A DNA stretch of 64,000 bases from Bacteroidales bacterium (GTDB taxonomy: Bacteria; Bacteroidota; Bacteroidia; Bacteroidales; PUMT01). The translations under genes were made by a program, and so were the position numbers. The stretch lies in the NCBI GenBank assembly GCA_007132225.1, contig SLPB01000026.1, positions 23,804 through 87,803 on the forward strand, read 5' to 3'. Under the pieces are notes generated by a model. It saw nothing but the letters and a program-made list of their open reading frames with translations. It did no database searches and was not told the origin of the DNA. Below, piece after piece: positions 28,494 to 37,831 of the stretch (positions are counted from its first letter, which is position 1; each line of letters begins with the position of its first letter).

Positions 28494-29249
28494 TCAAAAT
28501 GAACGGGCAATTGCAAGGAAGTCCTTTGCATTTAATGCAGCTCCGCCAATCAATCCGCCGTCAACATCGCTGTTGGCAAAAATCTCACTGGCATTTGACG
28601 GCTTGCAGCTTCCTCCGTAAAGTATACTGGTGCTGGCGGCAATTTTATCGTCATACATCTCTTTTACCAGGTTCCTGATAAAATGATGCATCTCCTGTGC
28701 CTGCTCCGGAGATGCTGTTTTTCCGGTTCCTATTGCCCAAACCGGTTCATATGCGATAATTACTTTAGAGAAGTCACCTTCAGATAAACCGGCGAGCCCC
28801 ATCTCTATCTGCTTCCTTACCACTTCAGTATATATTCCTTTTTCTCTCTCGTGAAGATTTTCTCCGCAGCAGAATATAGGAACAAGGTTATTTGCCAGGG
28901 CCACATTTACTTTTTTATTGAGTTCAGAATCAGACTCATTAAAAAACATTCTTCTCTCTGAATGTCCTATTATAACATATCCTGCTCCTGTGGATTCAAT
29001 CATTTTTGCCGATACCTCTCCGGTAAAAGCACCTGATTCATCAGTTGCACAGTTCTGGGCAGAGAGACCGACAGAATCCGGCAATATTTCCTTAATCGCT
29101 GTAATATGTGTGAAGGGCGGTGCAATGATAAGTGACACATCTTCCGGTAATTCCTTTTCTCTGTTTTCTATAATCTCCTTAGCCAGTTCAATACCTTCTT
29201 TGACGGTGGTGTTCATTTTCCAGTTGCCTGCAACAATTTTTCTTCTCAT
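28494..29249 (-). CDS. tpiA: Triose-phosphate isomerase
   Basis: Motifs AGNWKMN, IIGHSERR and AYEPVWAIGTG. Confidence 0.97.
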   Translation of the reverse strand: MRRKIVAGNWKMNTTVKEGIELAKEIIENREKELPEDVSLIIAPPFTHITAIKEILPDSVGLSAQNCATDESGAFTGEVSAKMIESTGAGYVIIGHSERRMFFNESDSELNKKVNVALANNLVPIFCCGENLHEREKGIYTEVVRKQIEMGLAGLSEGDFSKVIIAYEPVWAIGTGKTASPEQAQEMHHFIRNLVKEMYDDKIAASTSILYGGSCKPSNASEIFANSDVDGGLIGGAALNAKDFLAIARSF

Positions 29250-29336
29250 GACATTAAATTTTTTCTATTGTTTTTGTTATGTAGTTTTGCGGGTACTAAG
29301 TTACGATTTTTTTTTCACGGACAAACACTGATCAGG

Positions 29337-30593
29337 TCATTGGTGATGTTTGTTTACTGCAGGCAGGATAAGTTTTATGACTGTTATAACTAGCAACAGT
29401 ATAAGGATATAACCATATGTAATAAGATTGTTTTTTGATTTCTGCTGCATTTCCATTGAGTAAGATAAAAGATTCTCTTTTAGCTCATCTGTATGGGGTA
29501 TGTTTCTGTAATGCCATTTATTAAGGATTGTTCCCTCTCTAATCAGAAGAAGTCCGGGATTACTCCTGATAATAGTTTTAAGCGTAATTTCATCGGAGTG
29601 ATAAAAATCACAGTTAATACCTGTTCTTTCAATAAAATCATTGATCTGTGAGGCCGGGCTTGCAGTAAGGCATATAAATCCTATGTCCCTGCCAGCTGAC
29701 CATTCGGCAAGCCGGTTTATTTCCGTTATGTTTCCGGCAGAGCTGTTGTCCAGGTCATATGCGATAAGAATAAATGTGTATCCGGTATCCTCAATAATAT
29801 TACTGGTATAATCTGTTCCTTCCTCCACTGATTCAATATAGAAATTGGTTATTGGCGGTTCATAACCCCTGCTGACAAGCGTGCTTCCGGTTCTCACCCA
29901 ATCCCAGTCAGGGCCAGGAATGCTGTCAGCACCAAATGCTTTAACCTCACCATCTTTCTCATAATACAATGTTATCTCATATTCATCAGCAGGTGCATCA
30001 GGTGGAACACTCATATCTTCCTCAATAGAGGTGCCAATACTATATGGCCTGAAGTCGATAACAGGAAGATTCAGGTATGACCAAAAAATTATTCCCAGGA
30101 TAATCAGTAAAAAGCCCGGTATTATCAACCACTCATAAAGGGATTTGCTAAAAAAGGGGCCGAATTTTTTACGGTAAACAAAAATATAAATAACAAATCC
30201 CGTTAATACAACATTTTTCCAGAAGGTTTGCCAGTTAGTGAGAATAACAGCGTCACCAAAACAACCACAGTCTGCCACGGGGTTGTTAAGTGCAATGAAA
30301 AATGTCAGAATAGTGAAAAAGGACATAAACAGCAGAACTGCCCATGATGCCAGAATCATGTGAACACCTCCAAGAAGTAAAATCCCTGTCAGCATTTCGG
30401 CAGAAGAGAGTGCAATTGAAAGCGGCATCGCCAGGGGATCAAGGAAATCCATGTTAAATGCCACGAAGTAGTCCGCCAGCTTGTAGGCTGAACCCAGGGG
30501 ATCAATTCCTTTTACAAATCCTGAATATATAAAAGCAGAACCTGCAAGGATCCTTGAGATATGGACCGGAGATGGTATTTTTTTAACAGGCAT
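29337..30593 (-). CDS. DoxX/MauE-family membrane protein fused to a C-terminal soluble (thioredoxin-like?) domain
   Basis: Several TM segments and a DCGCFGD motif typical of MauE/DoxX-like proteins. About 200 aa of extra C-terminal domain, then a final TM helix. Confidence 0.65.
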   Translation of the reverse strand: MPVKKIPSPVHISRILAGSAFIYSGFVKGIDPLGSAYKLADYFVAFNMDFLDPLAMPLSIALSSAEMLTGILLLGGVHMILASWAVLLFMSFFTILTFFIALNNPVADCGCFGDAVILTNWQTFWKNVVLTGFVIYIFVYRKKFGPFFSKSLYEWLIIPGFLLIILGIIFWSYLNLPVIDFRPYSIGTSIEEDMSVPPDAPADEYEITLYYEKDGEVKAFGADSIPGPDWDWVRTGSTLVSRGYEPPITNFYIESVEEGTDYTSNIIEDTGYTFILIAYDLDNSSAGNITEINRLAEWSAGRDIGFICLTASPASQINDFIERTGINCDFYHSDEITLKTIIRSNPGLLLIREGTILNKWHYRNIPHTDELKENLLSYSMEMQQKSKNNLITYGYILILLLVITVIKLILPAVNKHHQ

Positions 30594-30684
30594 TATAATG
30601 AGTATCTGATACTTTTTATTATTAATTATAAAAGTCTGATTATTATAAAAGTATGATTACTCAATGCAAATTGTGATTATTAAA

Positions 30685-31377
30685 TTACTGGGGGATTAAA
30701 TTTTCATCTTTTAACATACCCATTATCCTGTCGAATATTTTTTCGGGTTTCAGCATTCCCTCCTCTTCATTATAGCAGGAGATGATTCTTAAATTCTCTT
30801 CGTTTTTTGCCTGCTCAAGATATTCCTGCCTCACTTTTTTCTGGAAATTCAGGTCCGCCTCGTGAATATCCTGTTTTCCCTTCAGATAGTTGCGTTCATT
30901 ACCCGAGCGGCTGTTGCCCAGTTTTTCCCTTGTGAATTCAAAAGGAACATCAAGAAATATACTAAGATCCGGCCGTGGAATTCCATAATTAAGATATTCA
31001 ACGTTAAATATCCACTCCCTGAGAATTCTTTTCTGGCCGGCTGTATCCGTTTTAGCACACTGAAATGCAACATTTGACATCACATACCTGTCCGCCAGCA
31101 ATAAATGACCATCCGAGAGCCATTTGACCATTTCGCTCTTTGCATTGTGTCTGTCGGCAGCATACATAAGGGCAACCAGGTAGGGGTTAACCTCATCAAT
31201 TTCCCCGAGCTCTCCGCGCAAAAACCCGGAAATAAGATCGCCGAACAATCCTGAACCGGTACGCGGAAAATGAAGGTATTTATAGTTTATCCTGCTTTTA
31301 TCAAGATGTTCGCGCAAAAGTTTGATTTGTGTAGATTTGCCTGATCCATCCAGGCCTTCTATGACCAAAAATGCCAT
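30685..31377 (-). CDS. tmk: Thymidylate (dTMP) kinase family protein
   Basis: P-loop IEGLDGSGKST at the N-terminus. 230 aa. Confidence 0.75.
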   Translation of the reverse strand: MAFLVIEGLDGSGKSTQIKLLREHLDKSRINYKYLHFPRTGSGLFGDLISGFLRGELGEIDEVNPYLVALMYAADRHNAKSEMVKWLSDGHLLLADRYVMSNVAFQCAKTDTAGQKRILREWIFNVEYLNYGIPRPDLSIFLDVPFEFTREKLGNSRSGNERNYLKGKQDIHEADLNFQKKVRQEYLEQAKNEENLRIISCYNEEEGMLKPEKIFDRIMGMLKDENLIPQ

Positions 31378-31688
31378 TATTGAAAGTTTTTATTACAATA
31401 CCCTTATTCCTTTTGTTGGTTTACGGACTATTCTTGATGCCTGAAGGATAACTGGTATTTTCTGCAAAAATGATAAAAAAATATGACAATGTTTTAAAGT
31501 TTTTTTCTGTATGAGACTGTCCGGGTCAAAACAATTTTGCCAAAATAGTGTACATATTTGTTAAGTGCTTTATCCTTTAGCCGGTTACCGTTTTTCAGGC
31601 CGGATTTTATGACGCTTAAAGTTAAATATCCATTCAAAGAAATTTAGATAATAATAAGTAGGTTTACATGATAATAAATTTCCGGATA

Positions 31689-32555
31689 ATGGATGTTTTT
31701 AATAAAAAAATTACTATCAGCCTGCGGGGAGATCTTTATGATCTCTCTGAACCAAAAGTGATGGGTATTCTGAACTATACCCCCGATTCGTTTTATGATG
31801 GCGGCAAATATCATGATCCCGGAGCAGTAACCGACCGGATTGCAAAAATGACTTCCGATGGCGCCGATTTTATTGATATAGGTGCTGTATCCTCAAGGCC
31901 TGGCGCCGTGATGGTTTCAGAAGAGGATGAGATAAAAAGACTCTCCCGGGTCCTGAATGTTGCAAGGAAGAGGTTTCCTGACCTGCTTATCTCTGTGGAT
32001 ACCTGCAGGTCAAAAGTAGCAAATATGGTTGTAAAGGAATTTGGTGCAGATATGATCAACGATATCTCCTCCGGCAATCTGGATGAAAAGATGCTGGAAA
32101 CCATAGCAGAGCTTCAGGTACCCTACATTGCCATGCATATGCAGGGTACACCTCCTACTATGCAGAAGGATCCGTGTTATGACGATGTTGTGGATGATAT
32201 TATAAGATATTTTGCTCAAAGAACAAGGTTAATGCGCTACCTTGGTATTAAAGATATAATTATAGATCCGGGATTCGGATTTGGAAAAACCCTGGAGCAT
32301 AATTATACTCTTGCAGCCAGGCTGGAAGAGCTGGAGATGCTGGACTTTCCCCTTCTTGTCGGATTTTCAAGAAAATCCATGATCTGCAAAGCCCTGAGGG
32401 TTGGCCCCGACAAGGCTCTTGCAGGCACTGTTGCCCTCAATACCGTCGCTCTTATGAAAGGGGCAAATATTCTGAGAGTTCATGATGTGAAAGAAGCCAG
32501 TGATACCATAAAGGTGGTTAAGCATGTAAAAGATTTATCGGCCAAAATGTCTTAA
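31689..32555 (+). CDS. folP: Dihydropteroate synthase
   Basis: Motifs GILNYTPDSFYDGG, DIGAVSSRPG and IDPGFGFGKT. Start moved to the ATG at 31689. Confidence 0.93.
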   Translation: MDVFNKKITISLRGDLYDLSEPKVMGILNYTPDSFYDGGKYHDPGAVTDRIAKMTSDGADFIDIGAVSSRPGAVMVSEEDEIKRLSRVLNVARKRFPDLLISVDTCRSKVANMVVKEFGADMINDISSGNLDEKMLETIAELQVPYIAMHMQGTPPTMQKDPCYDDVVDDIIRYFAQRTRLMRYLGIKDIIIDPGFGFGKTLEHNYTLAARLEELEMLDFPLLVGFSRKSMICKALRVGPDKALAGTVALNTVALMKGANILRVHDVKEASDTIKVVKHVKDLSAKMS

Positions 32556-32636
32556 ATTGCAGTTATTTCAATTTTGCGGTTTGAATCTTCTAAAAAAAGA
32601 TAATTTTACATTATCGAACAACTTTTTTTTGATTTC

Positions 32637-33443
32637 ATGATTAGTTTATTTATCAGCATAAGAATACTGGATATTTTTGATATACTATTGACTGCCCTGC
32701 TTTTTTACCAGGTTTACCGCCTGATAAAGGGCACCATTGCCATGAATATCTTTATCGGCATATTTGCAGTTTACCTTGTATGGCTTCTGGTAAGAGCTCT
32801 TAATATGCAACTGCTCGGTGCCATCCTGGGACAGTTCATCGGGGTGGGTGTAATAGCCCTTATCATTGTTTTTCAACAGGAGATCAGGCGTTTCCTTCTT
32901 TTAATTGGAACAAGGTATGTATCCAACCGCACATTTTCCATTGAGAAACTTTTCACTTCAGTCAGCGGAAGCCGTCCCAAAGTAAAAGTCAATTCACTGG
33001 TAAAAGCCATTAAAACCCTGGCTGAGAGCAAAACCGGGGCACTGGTGGTGATCGCCCGCAAATCGGAGCTGGAGAGCTATTCGGATACCGGTGATATCCT
33101 CGATGCAATAACCTCCAGCCGGCTTCTTTTGAGCATATTCTGCAGGGAAAGTCCACTGCATGATGGCGCTGTCATCGTTGTTGGCGATAAAATATATGCA
33201 GCCAGGTGTGTGCTGCCGGTATCTGAAAATCCTAACCTTTCACCTGAACATGGTATGAGGCACCGGGCCGCGCTGGGTATGGCCGAGCAAACTGATGCCG
33301 TTGTAGTTGTTGTTTCCGAGGAATCCGGAAGTATATCAATTGCCGATGAGGGGCACCTTACCTCCAACGTTACGCTGCGTTATGTTGCCGGTTATCTTGA
33401 AAGTGAATTTATTCGAGATCCCCATGTAAGTGAATTCACCTGA
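32637..33443 (+). CDS. cdaA: Diadenylate cyclase CdaA (DisA_N/DAC domain, membrane-anchored)
   Basis: Three N-terminal TM segments. DAC motifs HDGAVIV, GMRHRAALG and SEESGSIS. Confidence 0.9.
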   Translation: MISLFISIRILDIFDILLTALLFYQVYRLIKGTIAMNIFIGIFAVYLVWLLVRALNMQLLGAILGQFIGVGVIALIIVFQQEIRRFLLLIGTRYVSNRTFSIEKLFTSVSGSRPKVKVNSLVKAIKTLAESKTGALVVIARKSELESYSDTGDILDAITSSRLLLSIFCRESPLHDGAVIVVGDKIYAARCVLPVSENPNLSPEHGMRHRAALGMAEQTDAVVVVVSEESGSISIADEGHLTSNVTLRYVAGYLESEFIRDPHVSEFT

Positions 33444-33515
33444 CCGGTGCTTTAATTTACCATTATTATATCATCTGAGCGGACTGGTCTTTATGGATCA
33501 GATTCACCGGGCGTT

Positions 33516-34157
33516 TCAGTTACTTTTTCTTTTAAAAAGGAAGTTTGCCTTTGACTCCTGGTTTCTTGCCAGTCTTTCGATATTCTTCTGATGGGTGAAA
33601 AGCAGCAAAACAAAAACTATAAGTGAAAAAATAACCAGAGAAGATGTGGTGGTATTGAATACAACAATAAGCAGGATGGGAAATGAAAGTCCGGCTATCA
33701 TAGAACTGAGGGATACATATTTAGTGATAATAAGTGTAATTAAAAAAACACCTATGCAAATCAGCATGGATATCGGGTCAATTGCAAGAATAACCCCGAT
33801 AAGAGTGGCAACTCCCTTACCTCCCCTGAAATTTGCAAAGACAGGGAATATGTGGCCAATAATGACCGCGAGCCCGAGTAACAACTGGAAATTAATATAT
33901 TCTCCTGTGGAGGGTATATAATAAAAGGTAAGGTAGATCATTTTAACAGCAAGGAAGCCCTTCAGTATATCCAGCAAGAGGACAGGAATTCCTGCCTTGT
34001 ACCCCAGCACACGAATGGTATTTGTACTGCCTGAATTATTGCTTCCGTGATTGCGCACATCGGTATTGAAAAAAAATTTCCCAATCCATACAGCATTGGG
34101 AATTGATCCAAGCAAATATGCGAATAATAATATTACTGCATTCCATAACCAGGGCAT
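33516..34157 (-). CDS. plsY: Acyl-phosphate:glycerol-3-phosphate acyltransferase
   Basis: 213-aa polytopic membrane protein with a GSNNSGSTN motif (the GSGN-G-TN family signature). Confidence 0.88.
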   Translation of the reverse strand: MPWLWNAVILLFAYLLGSIPNAVWIGKFFFNTDVRNHGSNNSGSTNTIRVLGYKAGIPVLLLDILKGFLAVKMIYLTFYYIPSTGEYINFQLLLGLAVIIGHIFPVFANFRGGKGVATLIGVILAIDPISMLICIGVFLITLIITKYVSLSSMIAGLSFPILLIVVFNTTTSSLVIFSLIVFVLLLFTHQKNIERLARNQESKANFLFKRKSN

Positions 34158-34471
34158 AATATTTACAATTTAAGTTATTCAGTGTCTGCTAAAAATTTCC
34201 GGATTATGCTTTTTAGCTGTTGTCCGTAAATGCTCGCAAATTTTTTCAACTATTTTGTTATAAAGCTAAAAAGCGCCTTAACGGCAATCATATTTACAGG
34301 ACATCCGTTTTATATAGAGACCCCATTTAAATAATGCATATTTTATACTAAATATACTGCAAAGTTCTGTAAATACTTTTACTTTTCCAAAAACTGCTAT
34401 TTTAAAGTATCTGCCGGGCTTAATAAACGAATTGAAAACCATATAATTGCAGTCGACAGTAATTTAAATTA

Positions 34472-35299
34472 TTATTGCTTTAATACCTGATGCACTGCAT
34501 TTGCGAAACCGCTTTCATTATTGGATTTGCATGGACTGTAGATATTTCTTATTGTTAATGGTGCATTTGCCATGGCAAAGGGATATTTTACGAAATTTAA
34601 CAGATCCAGGTCATTGTAATCATTTCCTGTCCCGACCGTTGCTTCAGGGTCTATGTCAAGCCTGACGCAAAGCCATTCAACTGTATGGCCTTTTGAAACA
34701 TCCGAAGGGAAGATCTCTATCCACATACTTTTACCATCAATGGGGGATGTTGTTCTTATTAGCCTAAGAGAGCTTAGTTTGTCTCTTAAATCTTCCAGCA
34801 CGGTCATATCTTCCGGCACTATAGCAAGTAGCTGGCTGGCATGCCTGTAATTTGGAGGGTTAAGGTTCAGGGGAACTGCAAAATCCCGGTAAAGCTCTAT
34901 TCTTTTTATAAAATCACTGCTGCCGCATTTAGAGTCAAAATAGAGGAAGCCATGGTTATCGGGAACAAGGTCATGGACCATAAAACTCATCTGTTTCTCA
35001 ATCAAAGTGTCAATTGCCAGAGCTACCTCTTTTTCATTTAGATGTGCTGCATATATCAACTCGCCGGTCTGCCAGTCAATTGCCCCGGCACCGGTGGAAA
35101 AAATCAGATAATCTAAAGGAATATCATCCGGAAGAACCTTTTTTGCACTGAAAAGATTCCTGCCTGTTGCAATCACCCTGCAGATATTTTTTTCTCCCAG
35201 CCAGCGGAGTGTGTCAATATTCTTTTTGCTTATTTTCCGCTCATCATCCAGTAAAGTCCCGTCAAGATCGGTAATAACCATTTTGATTTCTGGGCCCAT
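34472..35299 (-). CDS. Cof-type HAD-IIB phosphatase
   Basis: DLDGTLL motif I and GNDYNDLDLL motif IV. Start chosen at the ATG at 35299 (MGPEIKMVITDLDG). The track start at 35365 is also possible. Confidence 0.8.
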   Translation of the reverse strand: MGPEIKMVITDLDGTLLDDERKISKKNIDTLRWLGEKNICRVIATGRNLFSAKKVLPDDIPLDYLIFSTGAGAIDWQTGELIYAAHLNEKEVALAIDTLIEKQMSFMVHDLVPDNHGFLYFDSKCGSSDFIKRIELYRDFAVPLNLNPPNYRHASQLLAIVPEDMTVLEDLRDKLSSLRLIRTTSPIDGKSMWIEIFPSDVSKGHTVEWLCVRLDIDPEATVGTGNDYNDLDLLNFVKYPFAMANAPLTIRNIYSPCKSNNESGFANAVHQVLKQ

Positions 35300-35381
35300 A
35301 AATAAACCGGTTTTTGTATAAATTAAATTCCGTTTGAATTTATTTGAATAAATCACCGTTTGCAATAACGGGACTCATAAA

Positions 35382-36407
35382 TTAACCCTTATAAAATTTT
35401 ATTATTGCTGAAGCAACCTTTTCCGTTTCAATAAGGAAGCCGTCATGACCATAAAGAGACTCTATTCCGGCAAATGTTGCTCCCGGTATGTGCTTTGTAA
35501 GATAAAGCTGTTCCTGAACCGGGAAAAGATAATCGCCTGGTATTCCTATTACCAGTGTCCTGGTGCTTATTGAGCCCAGAACGCTCTCAATGCTCCCTCT
35601 CTTGCGGCCTATATTGTGGGAGTCCAGAGCATTAAGCAGTCTTACGTAGGAATAGGCATTAAAACGTTTCACCAGCTTTTCCCCCTGGTAATTCTGGTAA
35701 CTCATTGCTTTGAATTCGGATGTTTTCTCATTATCTTCATCTGACTGAGTTTCCAGGTAAGTCTGGTAATTACGGTAGCTGAGAAGTGCAATAGATCGTG
35801 CAGCCTTAAGGCCTTTCAGTCCGGCATGTGGACTGTTTTCCTGCCAGCTCTCATCGGCTTCTATGGCAAGGCGCTGAGACTGGCTGAATGCAATGCTCCA
35901 GGGGGAAGCCTTGGCATGATTGGCAATGCATATGAGGTGGGTGTGAAGTCCGGGATTCATGATTGCCCATTCAAGGGCCTGATGGCCTCCGGTTGATCCT
36001 CCGATTACAGTATTTATCTTTTTTATTCCCAGGTGTTTTCTTAATATTTCATGTGCATTTACCATATCACGGATTGAAATCTCCGGAAAGGTATGATACC
36101 AGGGCATACCGGTCAGGGGATTAATACTGAGTGGACCCGTGGAGCCGTAACATGAACCGGTTTTATTGGCGCAGACTATGAAGAAATCGTCGGGATTGTA
36201 GAGACAGTTTTCTCCAAAAAGTCCCTTCCACCACTCAAATACATCTGAATTAGCTGTAAATGCATGGCACACCCATATGACATTGTTTTTGCAGGGATCA
36301 TATTTGCCATAAGTATGGTAGGCAATTTCCAGTCCGGGTAGATATTCTCCCGATTCAAGAGGAAATCTTTCTTTATGGTGGTATATATGAAAATCTTGAG
36401 GCAGCAT
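35382..36407 (-). CDS. metX: Homoserine O-acetyltransferase
   Basis: Alpha/beta hydrolase with nucleophile elbow GGSTGG and C-terminal YGHDGFL. 341 aa. Confidence 0.85.
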   Translation of the reverse strand: MLPQDFHIYHHKERFPLESGEYLPGLEIAYHTYGKYDPCKNNVIWVCHAFTANSDVFEWWKGLFGENCLYNPDDFFIVCANKTGSCYGSTGPLSINPLTGMPWYHTFPEISIRDMVNAHEILRKHLGIKKINTVIGGSTGGHQALEWAIMNPGLHTHLICIANHAKASPWSIAFSQSQRLAIEADESWQENSPHAGLKGLKAARSIALLSYRNYQTYLETQSDEDNEKTSEFKAMSYQNYQGEKLVKRFNAYSYVRLLNALDSHNIGRKRGSIESVLGSISTRTLVIGIPGDYLFPVQEQLYLTKHIPGATFAGIESLYGHDGFLIETEKVASAIIKFYKG

Positions 36408-36520
36408 TTTTTAATATTCAAAAATAATGTAAAGATTTTTAAAACAAATGAACATTTTTTTTTTTATCAGCCAGGGCCGGTTTTTTGATAAAAAAAAACA
36501 TCTACATTTGTGTAAAGATA

Positions 36521-37831
36521 ATGGGCAAACTTTTTTTGTATTCACCACATATCGGGCCACGCCTCGAATATTCAGCAACACAGGTTATATGCGGTATTAT
36601 TGGACTTGAACTCCATTTTACCTGCGATCTGCACCAGGCCCGGTCAGCTTCTGTTCCTGTTATTAATTATTCAGGACATGAAATTAACGGTTCCCTCAGA
36701 ATTTTACCACATGGACTGCTTGATGAAAAGGGAATAAGCAGCAAGAGTATTGATATCAAAATAAGGGATGGGCTTCCTGTTTTTTTTGTGACATGCGACG
36801 GAGCGGATATTTGCTTTGATCTTTTTTCTGCATCATTCTATATGTTGAGTCGTTACGAAGAATATCTGCCCTTCAGAAAGGATACTCACGGACGCTTCCC
36901 AGTCTCTGAAAGCATTGCATATAAATATTCACTTACTGAAGAACCTCTTGTTGAACTGTGGGCCCTGAAATTAAAAGAAAACCTGATTAAGAAATATCCC
37001 CTTATGAAATTCCCCAACAGGGAGTTCTCTTATTTACCAACAATTGATATTGATGTTCCATGGGCATATCGCAACAGAAGTTTCTGGCGTACAACAGGCG
37101 GATTTGCAAGATCACTGATCAGGGGGGAAATGAAAGACCTGGTTTCCCGTTACCGGGTCCTGTTCAGGGGGCACCGTGATCATTATGATACATTTGAATT
37201 GATAGATAGGATCCATAATGAATATGGACTTTCAGCCTGTTTTTTTTTATCTGCGGGAACATACGGAAAATTTGACAAATCCATCCCGCCGGGTCATCCC
37301 GGTTACAGCGGACTGATCCGCAGGATTGCCTGCAGAAGTAATTGGGGCATACATCCGTCATACCTGTCCTTTAACTATCCTGCAATGCTTTGCAAAGAGA
37401 TAAATGAGCTGACTGCAATAACAGGTCTCAGACCTTTGCGAAGCAGGCAGCATTATCTTCGTCTTAGTTTTCCCGGCACATACCGTATGCTGATTGAAAA
37501 AGGGATTCAGGAGGATTATACTCTTGGTTGGGCAGAATTACCCGGTTTTCGTGCCGGCACTTCGACACCCTTTAAGTTCTATGATATTGAAAAGGAAGAA
37601 ACCTCATCTCTTACCATATATCCTTTACATATAATGGATGGAAGCCTTAAGGACTACCTGCAGCTTCAGCCTGATGATGCTGCAGATCATGCATTAAGGA
37701 TTATTAATAAGATAAAATATGTCAGGGGTACACTGGTAACACTTTGGCATAATGAATCTTTCTCCGAAGAAGGAAGATGGAAAAACTGGAAAAATGTTTA
37801 CCTTGAAATTGTAAAGTCCGCAATGTCATGA
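36521..37831 (+). CDS. Hypothetical protein, possibly polysaccharide-deacetylase-like
   Basis: Start moved to the ATG at 36521 (MGKLFLYSPHIG...). TIDIDVPWAY, WGIHPSY and RQHYLR segments resemble divergent carbohydrate-esterase/deacetylase families. This is a weak by-eye call. Confidence 0.45.
   Translation: MGKLFLYSPHIGPRLEYSATQVICGIIGLELHFTCDLHQARSASVPVINYSGHEINGSLRILPHGLLDEKGISSKSIDIKIRDGLPVFFVTCDGADICFDLFSASFYMLSRYEEYLPFRKDTHGRFPVSESIAYKYSLTEEPLVELWALKLKENLIKKYPLMKFPNREFSYLPTIDIDVPWAYRNRSFWRTTGGFARSLIRGEMKDLVSRYRVLFRGHRDHYDTFELIDRIHNEYGLSACFFLSAGTYGKFDKSIPPGHPGYSGLIRRIACRSNWGIHPSYLSFNYPAMLCKEINELTAITGLRPLRSRQHYLRLSFPGTYRMLIEKGIQEDYTLGWAELPGFRAGTSTPFKFYDIEKEETSSLTIYPLHIMDGSLKDYLQLQPDDAADHALRIINKIKYVRGTLVTLWHNESFSEEGRWKNWKNVYLEIVKSAMS

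Noticed and set aside
34208-34274. 11-bp inverted repeat gctttttagct ... agctaaaaagc (45-nt spacer) in the plsY/HAD intergenic region
   Set aside because: It is AT-rich with a long unstructured spacer. No flanking mobile-element genes or matching copies occur elsewhere, so it is likely fortuitous or a weak hairpin.
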